This document shows positions 1 through 8,939 of a DNA stretch of 64,000 bases, piece by piece. The notes under the pieces were generated by a model. The model was not told the DNA's origin. It searched no databases and worked only from the letters and a program-made list of their open reading frames with translations. Numbering within the stretch: the first letter of the stretch is position 1; every line of letters begins with the position of its first letter. Both the position numbers and the translations under genes were made by a program. The stretch comes from an uncultured Spirochaetota bacterium (GTDB lineage Bacteria > Spirochaetota > Brevinematia > Brevinematales > JAOACQ01), in the NCBI GenBank assembly GCA_963835575.1, contig CAWIGG010000005.1, positions 32,001 to 96,000 of the forward strand. The letters are read 5' to 3'.

Positions 1-150
1 CGGGATGTCCGGAAAAAAATGGAACAGGAAATTGACGATTATCTTTTTGATTTGAAGGAATCTGAAAGTATTAACCTGAATTTAAATATCATAGACAAAT
101 TGATAGAAGATATTTTACAGACTGCCATAAAGAGGAGCGCCATAGGGTGA
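1..150 (+). CDS. hsdR: C-terminal fragment of a probable type I restriction endonuclease subunit R (5' truncated by window edge)
   Basis: Frame 1 reads RDVRKKMEQEIDDYLFDLKESESINLNLNIIDKLIEDILQTAIKRSAIG*, resembling HsdR C-termini. It directly precedes a YgjP-like gene, the usual type I R-M arrangement. Confidence 0.5.
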   Translation, partial: RDVRKKMEQEIDDYLFDLKESESINLNLNIIDKLIEDILQTAIKRSAIG

Positions 151-860
151 TTCATATGGAACATACGATTAATTACGGTGACAAAGTAATCCGTTTTACT
201 ATTTTCAGATCCAATAGAAAAACTTTGGGAATTGTTGTTTATCATAATAAAACAGTTATTGTGAAAGCGCCATATGATAAAAGTGATAACGAGATTTTAG
301 AAAGAGTAAAAAAACGTTCCCGCTGGATAGTAAAACAACTGAACTATTTCAACAATTTACCTTCAGCCGATAGAGACTTTCAATATGTGAGCGGAGAAAC
401 CCACAGGTATTTAGGAAATCAATACAGGCTGAAGATAAAAAAAGGGGAAAAGAAAAGTATTAAGATGCCGAAGGGTTATTTCGAAATTGTCCACCCGGAC
501 CCGTCTAATAAAAACGATATAGCTTTTATTATGAAAGATTGGTACAGGAAAAATGCTAAAAGGAAATTCACTGAGTACCTCGAGGAATGTTTTATTAGCT
601 TTAAAAAATATGGATTGGAGTTCCCAAAACTGGAAATCAAGGAGATGAAAACCAGGTGGGGCAGCTGCAACTATAATAATAAAATAATTCTTAATCCGAA
701 TCTAGTAAAGAAGTCTCCTCTTTGTATAAAATATGTCATCACTCATGAATTATGCCATTTAAAATATTACCATCATGGTAAAGAATTCTACAAATTACTG
801 TCAAAAATCATGCCGGATTGGAAAGATAGGAAATTGAAACTGGATTACAGTGAAAATTGA
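147..860 (+). CDS. YgjP/DUF45-type (M48/SprT-like) zinc metallo-hydrolase
   Basis: RSNRKTLGI N-terminus, YVSGETHRYLG, MKTRWGSC and HELCH (HExxH). ATG at 156 is a possible start. Confidence 0.9.
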   Translation: MIHMEHTINYGDKVIRFTIFRSNRKTLGIVVYHNKTVIVKAPYDKSDNEILERVKKRSRWIVKQLNYFNNLPSADRDFQYVSGETHRYLGNQYRLKIKKGEKKSIKMPKGYFEIVHPDPSNKNDIAFIMKDWYRKNAKRKFTEYLEECFISFKKYGLEFPKLEIKEMKTRWGSCNYNNKIILNPNLVKKSPLCIKYVITHELCHLKYYHHGKEFYKLLSKIMPDWKDRKLKLDYSEN

Positions 861-1260
861 TTAAATTTGGAGATTTTATGTTTAAAATAATTATGAGAAT
901 TTTATTTAAGCATTATTATAAAAATGTAAGTTTTAGTGCTTTAGTTTATTCAAAAACAAGTAAGAAATATAAGTTTTTGAGTCAATGTAATTTCAGGAAT
1001 TGGGTTAATTTTTTTATTATTGTTATCGTTTTATACATTTATTGTTTATATTATCATTGGATCATTTTCTTCTCAAACTAATTATTCAAAGGAAATAAAA
1101 GATAATTTAAGCATGATTTTGATTAATATGGATAAGAATAAATAGATTTTAGTATCAAATTTCCATTCATTTTTTCCTACTCCACTGTACTATTATTACA
1201 TTGGTTTACAGGCAGCAAGTAACACCAAGTTATAAATCGAGTTAAATGAGTCAGTATTTA

Positions 1261-1600
1261 CCTCCCGTTCCCGAGGCCATTTTCCTCTAAACCATAATCC
1301 GAACATCAAATTACTTGAAAAAAACTCGTGTTATCCGCTAATATAATAATGGAAGAGAAACTCAAGCTTTTGACACGGATGTCAAAACCGACGCCCAGCA
1401 CCACTTTGATTGCCTGTCCTCAAAGTGGTGCTGGGCAGGGACAGCGTAATTAAGGAGACTATTTTAATAAGGGATCGTTTTTTAACAACCGGATAACACA
1501 CCTCCATTCAATCCGGCCTCTTCGTATGAAAATGGACTCGAAAGGCGTTTTCTTTCGGTTCACTTTCTTTGTCGCCGCTTGGACAAAGAAAGTGAACAAT
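1261..1600 (-). repeat. ~340-bp multi-hairpin dispersed repeat, copy 1 (uninterrupted)
   Basis: Reverse complement aligns with 17429-19465 and 54341-58496. Shared blocks: GTTCACTTTCTTTGTC..GACAAAGAAAGTGAAC, CGAGNCCATTTTCATACG, GTGYTATCC, TTATTATA..AGCRGAT..CACGA and GAAAATGGCCTCGGG. Confidence 0.9.
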
Positions 1601-1671
1601 CCCCCGATTGTCAGTCGGGAAAAATATTCTACGTTTCCCGCCCGGATAGCCGGACAAAAAAAGGAGAAAAA

Positions 1672-2550
1672 ATGGATGATTTAAAACTGGTTATCGATTA
1701 TAAAAACAACACCGGTTTCCGTCATAGTTTCAATGAACTGGCTGGAAGCAGTTTCGGGATCGATTTTGAGGCGTGGTACAATTCAGGCTGCTGGGATGAT
1801 ACCTACATCTGCCATTCTTACATTCATAACAATTCAATTGTTTCAAACGTTTCAGTCAGCCTTTTGAATTTAATAATAAACAATAAAAATTATAAAGCTG
1901 TTTTAATCGGAACGGTGATGACCCGCCCCGAATACCGGAACCGGGGCCTTTCAAAAAGCCTTATGAACAGTGTTCTGGGAATATATGAAAAGGAATGCGA
2001 TCTTTTTTATTTATTCGCGAACAAAAGCGCCCTGGGGTTTTATCCAAAATTCGGATTTGAACCGGTAATAGAGCATCAATTCTCCATCGAAGTCGATAAT
2101 CATAATTCTGATGTTCATACTATTCGAAAATTAGATCTGTCTGATAGTAATGACCTGAATTTATTGAAAGATTTTGCCGCAGGACGTCTGCCTGTATCCC
2201 GGGCTTTCGGCGTTTTAAACGGACAGGCCGTTTTATTATGGCATTGCCTTTATGCTTACAAGGATGAAATCTATTATATTACGGAAGAAGATTTGATTAT
2301 TATTTATAAAATCAAGGACAATATTCTGAATATTTATGACATTATCGCTAAAAAAGAATACCGGTTACTCAATATATTAAAGAGGATCACGGCCGGGGGC
2401 GTCAAAGAAGCCTGTTTTCATTTTACCCCGGATGATAAAGATTTAAAATACACTATCAAAGAATATAAGCCGGATGATGCTCTTTTTGTAAAATCAAATT
2501 TAAAGCTCATGCCGGGGATTTTTAAATACCCGGTCACAGCGCAGGCGTAA
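1672..2550 (+). CDS. GNAT family N-acetyltransferase
   Basis: IGTVMTRPEYRNRGLS acetyl-CoA motif and FYPKFGF. AGGAG RBS precedes the ATG at 1672; the longer ORF start lies inside the repeat. Confidence 0.9.
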   Translation: MDDLKLVIDYKNNTGFRHSFNELAGSSFGIDFEAWYNSGCWDDTYICHSYIHNNSIVSNVSVSLLNLIINNKNYKAVLIGTVMTRPEYRNRGLSKSLMNSVLGIYEKECDLFYLFANKSALGFYPKFGFEPVIEHQFSIEVDNHNSDVHTIRKLDLSDSNDLNLLKDFAAGRLPVSRAFGVLNGQAVLLWHCLYAYKDEIYYITEEDLIIIYKIKDNILNIYDIIAKKEYRLLNILKRITAGGVKEACFHFTPDDKDLKYTIKEYKPDDALFVKSNLKLMPGIFKYPVTAQA

Positions 2551-2590
2551 GGATACTTTTCCGTACAAATTTTACTTAAGCGAAAGTTAT

Positions 2591-2628
2591 AAAAAAGGCG
2601 CGGTCCAGAGACCGCGCCCGTTTTATTT
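2591..2628. terminator. Bidirectional rho-independent terminator
   Basis: AAAAAA-GGCGCGGTC-caga-GACCGCGCC-cgTTTT between convergent genes. Confidence 0.8.
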
Positions 2629-2640
2629 TAGACTTGTTTA

Positions 2641-4284
2641 TTATTCCACAAACCATGCCAGGGCATAGACCAGCGCGGCGTTCCAGTTAATGGCGATTTC
2701 GTTGACCCTATAATCTCCCATATTGTCTTCCCAGCTGATCTCCTCCGGCCATCCGCCGCCGACCAGATAACCAGGCCATGCATAACCGGACGCTCCGCTT
2801 CTCCGGTAATGAGGCTGAAGAGGCGGGTTGATGCCGACGCCGGTAACAAAAGAACGGCCGAAGAAATTCCTGCCGAACAGGTAGCCGAGGGCGTCCAGGG
2901 CCGTATTCTTATATTTAACATCGGGGTTAAAGCGGCCGGCCGAATAAAGCATCAAAACCTGCCGGGCAACGCTCCCGTTGCAGCCCCAGTTATAAAAATC
3001 GCCCAGCGGCCGGCGGTAAGGATTATGAGCCGCGGTTTCCACGATGGAATCCGCCGCTGAAATGAGGGAATTGGATATCTTCGCATACAGCGCTTTATTT
3101 TTTCCTTTTCTTTCTGAAAACAGATACGTGATAAAGCCCAGATTCTTGACATCATTCCAGTCGAAAGTGACATCGATCAAATTTGTAAAGGAAACCGCTC
3201 TTTTCTCGAAATCCTTCAGGTACTGCCTGTCTCCCAGGGAATTCCACATCTCAGCCGCAGCCCAGAGCCGGTCATCCGGATCGGCCCACTGGTAAGGGCC
3301 GGTTGAAAAATTGCTGAGGTTCGCGGGTACGTCTTTGGGATGTTTGACAAGAAAGGCGTAGCTTTTCTTTGCCGCCTGGATGCACTTTTCGGCATAGGCC
3401 TTATCATACGGCATGAAAATCCTGTAGGCGATCGCGGCCATGGCGGTAAAATCCGCCGTGGCGGCGCTTCCCCATGGACTGTAATAGCGGGTGGTAGTTT
3501 CCGTTTCCGGCATAATGAACCCGCCGAACGACAGCGTGCTGATTTTATGGCTGACCCTGCCGGAATTGTCCGGATACTGCATCTTTAAGAGCCAGTCCAT
3601 TTCCCATTTCAGCTCGTCCAGGTAATCGGGAATGGCATTATTGGTTTCAGGCACGGCAAAGCTCAATTTTTCAATCTTATCCTTGAAATTGTCCCACGCG
3701 AAAAACATCAAGCCCAGCGTAACCCCGGCGTTCACCGTGTATTTGTTATAATCCCCGGCGTCATGCCAGCCTCCAGTACCGTCCTGGAACTTCCCCTTTT
3801 TCCCTATATAATCCAACGCGGCGTCATTCGTATGGCACGCGTCATGAGTGAATACCTTGCCGTCATAATTATTGGAAACGGCCGTCCCGCAGCGCCAGAG
3901 ATAAAAACCGAGCATCGCGGTCTGCAGGGGTTTATTGTAAATTCCATCGCCTATCTGAAAAAGATATGACTTGCCGATACCCGGCACATCCAGGTAATAA
4001 GAGCCGGGATTGGTCATGGCGCTGAAATCGGCTATGAATAATGATTCATTTGTCGACCGGATGGTAAAAGGCCCTGAAACCGTACCCGTATAAACTGCCT
4101 TTCCTCCGGCATCCATTACCTTGAAGTTCCTGCAGACTCCCGCAATGGTGGCGGATTTTATCTGCCCGGGGAAAAAACCCAGCGAATTCAGGCGTATTTT
4201 CGGACCCGCGGAACTGTTCTGGTCCGCCATGCCCGCCTGCGCCAGGACAAAAAACAATAATAAAATCCAGATTGAATATTTCAT
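2641..4284 (-). CDS. Secreted glycoside hydrolase family 9 (endoglucanase) with N-terminal Ig-like domain
   Basis: Signal peptide; GGWHDAGDYNKY; PHYR; NEIAINWNAALVY. Confidence 0.95.
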   Translation of the reverse strand: MKYSIWILLLFFVLAQAGMADQNSSAGPKIRLNSLGFFPGQIKSATIAGVCRNFKVMDAGGKAVYTGTVSGPFTIRSTNESLFIADFSAMTNPGSYYLDVPGIGKSYLFQIGDGIYNKPLQTAMLGFYLWRCGTAVSNNYDGKVFTHDACHTNDAALDYIGKKGKFQDGTGGWHDAGDYNKYTVNAGVTLGLMFFAWDNFKDKIEKLSFAVPETNNAIPDYLDELKWEMDWLLKMQYPDNSGRVSHKISTLSFGGFIMPETETTTRYYSPWGSAATADFTAMAAIAYRIFMPYDKAYAEKCIQAAKKSYAFLVKHPKDVPANLSNFSTGPYQWADPDDRLWAAAEMWNSLGDRQYLKDFEKRAVSFTNLIDVTFDWNDVKNLGFITYLFSERKGKNKALYAKISNSLISAADSIVETAAHNPYRRPLGDFYNWGCNGSVARQVLMLYSAGRFNPDVKYKNTALDALGYLFGRNFFGRSFVTGVGINPPLQPHYRRSGASGYAWPGYLVGGGWPEEISWEDNMGDYRVNEIAINWNAALVYALAWFVE

Positions 4285-4372
4285 TATTTCCCTCCTGTTT
4301 TGAAATAAAAAATACTATAAAATAACTTTCATAATAAAGCAATTTGCTTTTTAAACCCGGCCTTCTCGCTGA

Positions 4373-5008
4373 TTAAATCTCCTTTAAAACAGCCCGGGCC
4401 GGCGCTCCGTCGCCGTCCATGATTTTCAGGGGAAGACAGGCCAGTTCATATCTGCCCGGCTTTACTCCTAACAGATTCAACCCCTCGATGATCCATATCC
4501 CGGCCTTCAGCAGGGCCTGATGGGTTTCCTTACTTTCAATTTCAAACCCGCCGACGGAAAGATAATCGATTCCGACTGTCATGACCCCGCTTTCAGCCAG
4601 AAAGCCGGCGGCTTCTTTCGAGATATAGACATATTCTTTCAAAAACCGGTTTGTCTTCCAGCCCTTTACGGAATTAAGGGTTTTAAAAAGAATTCTTTCG
4701 CCTTTTTTTATTTTGTGCTGCAAGAGCTCGGAAGACTTGATCGATTTCCCATCCTTGATTTCAATAATCCTTGCAGGTCCCATAACCGCTTCTAAAGGCA
4801 TTTTATCCAGACTCTTACCGTTTTTCAGAAAATGCAGGGGCGGGTCGATATGGGTCCCCGTATGCGTTCCCATTGTTACCACAGACACGTTGCAGGGGGC
4901 CCCTTTTTTTATGTCAACCACCCGCTCCACATGGAACCCATTGTCTCCCGGCCAGCAGACCATGCCGTTATAAAGCGGAACGCTGATATCCATCCAATCC
5001 GTTTTCAT
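4373..5008 (-). CDS. Cyclase family protein (kynurenine formamidase-like)
   Basis: HTGTHIDPPLHF, VGIDYLSV, DGAPARAV. Confidence 0.9.
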   Translation of the reverse strand: MKTDWMDISVPLYNGMVCWPGDNGFHVERVVDIKKGAPCNVSVVTMGTHTGTHIDPPLHFLKNGKSLDKMPLEAVMGPARIIEIKDGKSIKSSELLQHKIKKGERILFKTLNSVKGWKTNRFLKEYVYISKEAAGFLAESGVMTVGIDYLSVGGFEIESKETHQALLKAGIWIIEGLNLLGVKPGRYELACLPLKIMDGDGAPARAVLKEI

Positions 5009-5072
5009 AATATTTACCTGCTCCTATTAAATATTTTCCTGTTAGATTTAAGAGTAAGCTTACGGGAATATT

Positions 5073-5867
5073 TTAATCGACCACTTTAAGCCAACCGCCG
5101 TCCACGTAATACGTTGAGCCGACGCAGTAGCTTGCCCGCGGAGAACAGAGAAACACAAAGAAATGGGCCAGTTCCTCCGGAGAGGCAAAGCGCCCGATGG
5201 GAGCGTTTTCCTTCGCGATCCTTTCCAGGTACTCTTCCGGTGTTATGCCCTGCTCCTTGCCCAGAATACCGGCGGTCTTCCGCCAGTCTGGTGTCAGAAC
5301 CAGCCCCGGATTCACCGTGTTCACGCGGATGTTGTCCCCGATCAGCTCGTTCGCCAGGCATTTTGATAACATGACCAGCGCGGCCTTGGTCGTGTTATAG
5401 ACCGGTTCGTATCCGAGCGGCTGTCTGGCGCAGATGGAAGCGTTGTTGATGATCACCCCTCCGCCCCGCTTTTTCATCTGCGGGACCAGAGCCCGGGAAA
5501 GCCTTATCGCCGCCATGACATGCAGGTCCCAGTACTGCTGCCACTTTTCATCCGGCGCGTCCATGATCTTTTCAGCGCTGCCGGTCCCGGCGTTATTGAT
5601 GAGAATGTCCGCGCCGCCGAATTCCTTCTCCGCCCGCGCGGCCGCTTCCGCTATATCGTCCGGTTTTGTCACATCCGCTTTTACGCCGACAGCTTTCACC
5701 CCGTATTTATTTTTTATCCGGCCGGCGGCCTCCGTCAGTCTTTCCTCATTCCTGGCGCAGAGAAGAAGGTTCACGCCTTCCTGCGCCAACCCCTCGGCCG
5801 CGGCCAAGCCTATCCCGGCGCTCCCGCCGGTGATCACGGCAACTTTACCCTTTAATTCCATATCCAT
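5073..5867 (-). CDS. SDR family oxidoreductase
   Basis: TGGSAGIG, NNAG, YNTTK (YxxxK), VDGG. Confidence 0.95.
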   Translation of the reverse strand: MDMELKGKVAVITGGSAGIGLAAAEGLAQEGVNLLLCARNEERLTEAAGRIKNKYGVKAVGVKADVTKPDDIAEAAARAEKEFGGADILINNAGTGSAEKIMDAPDEKWQQYWDLHVMAAIRLSRALVPQMKKRGGGVIINNASICARQPLGYEPVYNTTKAALVMLSKCLANELIGDNIRVNTVNPGLVLTPDWRKTAGILGKEQGITPEEYLERIAKENAPIGRFASPEELAHFFVFLCSPRASYCVGSTYYVDGGWLKVVD

Positions 5868-5924
5868 AATTTTTACCTCCTAAAGAAAGAAACCACAGAT
5901 TTCACTGATTCCACAGATTTCTTC

Positions 5925-6160
5925 GGACTGTTTATCATTTGTACTTCATCTTTTTTCTTTAGAAAACATTCCACTTTGATTTCTACAATCGCCTCACTAT
6001 TTACAAGAAAATCCAATAATTATTTCTTTAAGCCTATACCTTAACGAAAATATTAAAACGGCCGGATAATATAAGTTAACTTTCTTCATCCAATTCTTTT
6101 TCAAGATATTTCTGATTTGCCGTTTCCAGAAAACCCGATCCAATTTCTTTATATTCTTTT
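5925..6160 (-). pseudogene. Decayed GxxExxY (PD-(D/E)XK-like) gene
   Basis: Minus-strand fragments KEYKEIGSGFLETANQKYLEKEL and LDFLVNSEAIVEIKVECFLKKKDEVQMIN, with stops and frameshifts between them. Confidence 0.7.
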
Positions 6161-6202
6161 CCTATTCATAAATATTTTTTATGATTACACTGATACATCT
6201 AA

Positions 6203-6262
6203 GGGCAGTTCCAAAACCTATGTTGGAAATATCCGATTTATTTTGAGTTTTTGGAACTGCCC
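6203..6262. mobile_element. 60-bp MITE with 14-bp TIRs and CTAA target duplication
   Basis: ctaa-GGGCAGTTCCAAAA...TTTTGGAACTGCCC-ctaa. Confidence 0.75.
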
Positions 6263-6304
6263 CTAATTTAATCTGTGACATCTGTGTAATCTGTGGTTCC
6301 GATT

Positions 6305-7333
6305 CTATTGTTCCATTGTAATCATGACTTTCATAACGCGGTCCCTGGCTTTATCGATATACTGATAAGCATCCTGATAATCCCGGAACGGATAGCGGTC
6401 CGTTATCAGCTGTTCCAGGCGCATTTTACCTGAAGAGGCCATAGCGACAGCCTTTTCATAATCTTCGCGGCGGTACATCAGAGTCCCGATCAGGCTGAGC
6501 TCCCTGTCCTGCACCAGCCCCAGGTCGACGACCGGCTTTTTCCCGAATACGCCCACCACCACGATCGGCGTTCCCTTGCGGGCGCAGTTCACCGCCTGGG
6601 TCATGGCCGCTTCAGACCCTGTGCAATCAAGAATGAGATCGGCGCGGTCCGGGCCGAAGTCCCTGAGGATGGATTTATTAAGGTCTTCCTTTTCGGGATT
6701 GATGGTAAAATCGATCCCGCAGTTACGGGCTTTTTCCAGGCGGAAACCGCTGATATCCGTAATCAAAACAGCCGCGGCGCCGAGGCTTTTCGCGGCCTGA
6801 CCGACGAGGTTGCCGATCGGCCCGGCCCCGAATACGGCGGCCTTTTTCCCGGCGATATCCATCCCCGCCCTGCCCAGGGCATGGAAAGCGACGGCAGCCG
6901 GCTCGATCATGGCGCCCGCTTCGAAAGACAGATTTTCCGGGAGCCGGATCGTCATTGCCTCCGGTAAAGCGAAATATTCCTGCGCCGCTCCCCCGGTCTG
7001 GAACCCCATGACTTTGAGCGAATCGCAGATATGGTACATGCCATGACGGCATGGGTAGCAGACGCCGCATGTGACCTGCGGCATGAATGTCGCCTTATCC
7101 CCCGGAACAAAAGCGCGTACCTCTTTTCCAACCTCGGCAACTTCACCCGATACCTCATGCCCCTGCACCACCGGATAACCCGTATAGGGATGCGTTCCAT
7201 GATAGACATGGATATCCGAGCCGCATACCCCGATGTTTTTTATTCTGATCAGGACATCTTTAACGCCCGGCGCGGGTTTATCGACATTTTTAAACTCTAT
7301 TTTACCCGGCTTGACCATCACGGCCTGCAGCAT
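6305..7333 (-). CDS. Zinc-dependent (sugar/polyol) alcohol dehydrogenase
   Basis: GVCGSDIH, GHEVSG, CGVCYPCRHGMYHIC, GAGPIG. Confidence 0.95.
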   Translation of the reverse strand: MLQAVMVKPGKIEFKNVDKPAPGVKDVLIRIKNIGVCGSDIHVYHGTHPYTGYPVVQGHEVSGEVAEVGKEVRAFVPGDKATFMPQVTCGVCYPCRHGMYHICDSLKVMGFQTGGAAQEYFALPEAMTIRLPENLSFEAGAMIEPAAVAFHALGRAGMDIAGKKAAVFGAGPIGNLVGQAAKSLGAAAVLITDISGFRLEKARNCGIDFTINPEKEDLNKSILRDFGPDRADLILDCTGSEAAMTQAVNCARKGTPIVVVGVFGKKPVVDLGLVQDRELSLIGTLMYRREDYEKAVAMASSGKMRLEQLITDRYPFRDYQDAYQYIDKARDRVMKVMITMEQ

Positions 7334-7555
7334 ATCCCCTCCTTATCGATTAAAAAAGCCTCTTATCTAACAGCCTTAATCAGAATATTATATAAATAAG
7401 GAATAGCCATGTAAAGTTTAATCAAGCTTTAAAAGAATGTTGGGAAAATGAAAAACTGTACTTAAAAAACTTTGGGTTTTTATACCGTTATGGGTGTATA
7501 ATTTAAGTAAATATATTGAGAATAAGTCAGGCGAAATAAGCAATAGGGGTTTATC

Positions 7556-8605
7556 ATGGGTAAATTAATATTATCTCTCATGCTCGTTTTACTAATTTCA
7601 ATCAATTTATTTTCAAAACAGGCTGACATTTATTTTCCGCCGCATACCGGGATGTTGTTTTGCGAAAACAATAACCTTCAATTATTAAAATTTAATATGA
7701 ATTATGTCAGCAATCATTTTATCAATATTTATTCCATAAGTAATTTGTCTCAGACAACGCAGGAAATGATACTCTATTTACCGCTGAAGGGAGAATTTAT
7801 CGATCGGGAAATGCATGGCCCGGAGTTCAGAAACAAAAAAGATGAATTTAATTATCTGATTAATTACTTTGACCCTCATCTATCGGTTTTAAATCAGACA
7901 AACAGCTTTCATTATTCAATAAAAAAGAATGTTTTTGATTATAACTTTGCTTTTAAATGGGATTTGAATATAAATCCCGGCCAGCTAATTGTTCTGTCAA
8001 ATGAATATTACCAATATTTTCCTGAAAGTGAAAATTTTGGCATCGGATTAAGGATAAGAAGTCTATGGTTTATGATTTCCCGCAAATTCTGGAAAAATAA
8101 TATTAAAAATATCGATCTGTATTTTCATACCTATCAATTTCATCCCTATCTTCATCGTACAGGAAATATTTTTGTTACTGTAATGGAATACAGCATATCC
8201 AACAATGTGAAATTAAGTTATCCGGATAATAACAATGTACTGGTCGAGTATCATTTTACCAATGAATTGCCGGCAAATGAGAATTTTTATATAACATCGA
8301 AGCAGAAAAATTTATTCATGGATGAAACGAATTTCATTCAACCCATGAATAATAAAACATATTTCTATGCGGCGGTCACGAATATGTGCGGTGAATTGTA
8401 TTATCATTGTCCAAAACAGGTCTACCGGTTTTTGATAAACTCCATCTATGCCGTTAATAATTATTATTTTAAAGATAAAGATATCTACAATTATTACCGT
8501 CAGTATGACTGGTATTCGCCGGAAACAAATAAAACACTCCTGAATGAACCGGATCAAAGATTAATAGATAAAATCCATCAGATGGAATTAAAGACCAACG
8601 ATTAA
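7556..8605 (+). CDS. Exported protein with C-terminal YARHG-like domain
   Basis: Signal peptide. C-terminal LINSIYAVNNYYFKDKDIYNYYRQYDWYSP resembles the YARHG consensus. Confidence 0.55.
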   Translation: MGKLILSLMLVLLISINLFSKQADIYFPPHTGMLFCENNNLQLLKFNMNYVSNHFINIYSISNLSQTTQEMILYLPLKGEFIDREMHGPEFRNKKDEFNYLINYFDPHLSVLNQTNSFHYSIKKNVFDYNFAFKWDLNINPGQLIVLSNEYYQYFPESENFGIGLRIRSLWFMISRKFWKNNIKNIDLYFHTYQFHPYLHRTGNIFVTVMEYSISNNVKLSYPDNNNVLVEYHFTNELPANENFYITSKQKNLFMDETNFIQPMNNKTYFYAAVTNMCGELYYHCPKQVYRFLINSIYAVNNYYFKDKDIYNYYRQYDWYSPETNKTLLNEPDQRLIDKIHQMELKTND

Positions 8606-8939
8606 ATGATGTTCCGGCTTTCGCCCGGCAAGCGGTGCGGTGAGCTTGCCGGATCGGGCGTAGCTCTAAGGCTTGCGGACTTTGCATACGCCAACCGTCT
8701 GTGTGATATTGCGGAATATAAATAATAAAAAAAAACTGATGATAAGTATTAAAAAATACTGCGCTAAAAAATAAAACATGCAATCAACATTCTTGTCGGC
8801 TGAGAATCATGTAATTAGTATAATTTTTTTTAATATTAGAGTATAATAAGATGCATTATGAATAAAAAATACCGTCCGTAAACGGCGCTTTGATAAACGC
8901 AAGCCAATGTTTATGCCATAAAAAAGAAAGGAATTAGAA

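Larger units (their letters stand above)
5890..6299. repeat. Periodic inverted repeats flanking the GxxExxY remnant
   Basis: AACCACAGATTTCACTGATTCCACAGATTT (about 5891-5920) versus ATCTGTGACATCTGTGTAATCTGTGGTT (about 6271-6298). Confidence 0.8.

Noticed and set aside
857..1081. 74-aa hydrophobic ORF
   Set aside because: Very AT-rich, TTG start and no recognisable motif; cannot be supported.
1579..1671. N-terminal extension of the GNAT ORF
   Set aside because: It starts inside the repeat hairpin; the RBS supports 1672.
8606..8939. Riboswitch (ZTP/THF) upstream of the ackA-folE2-like operon
   Set aside because: No consensus motif recognisable by eye, and the hairpin sits directly after the upstream gene. 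An Rfam scan would be decisive.
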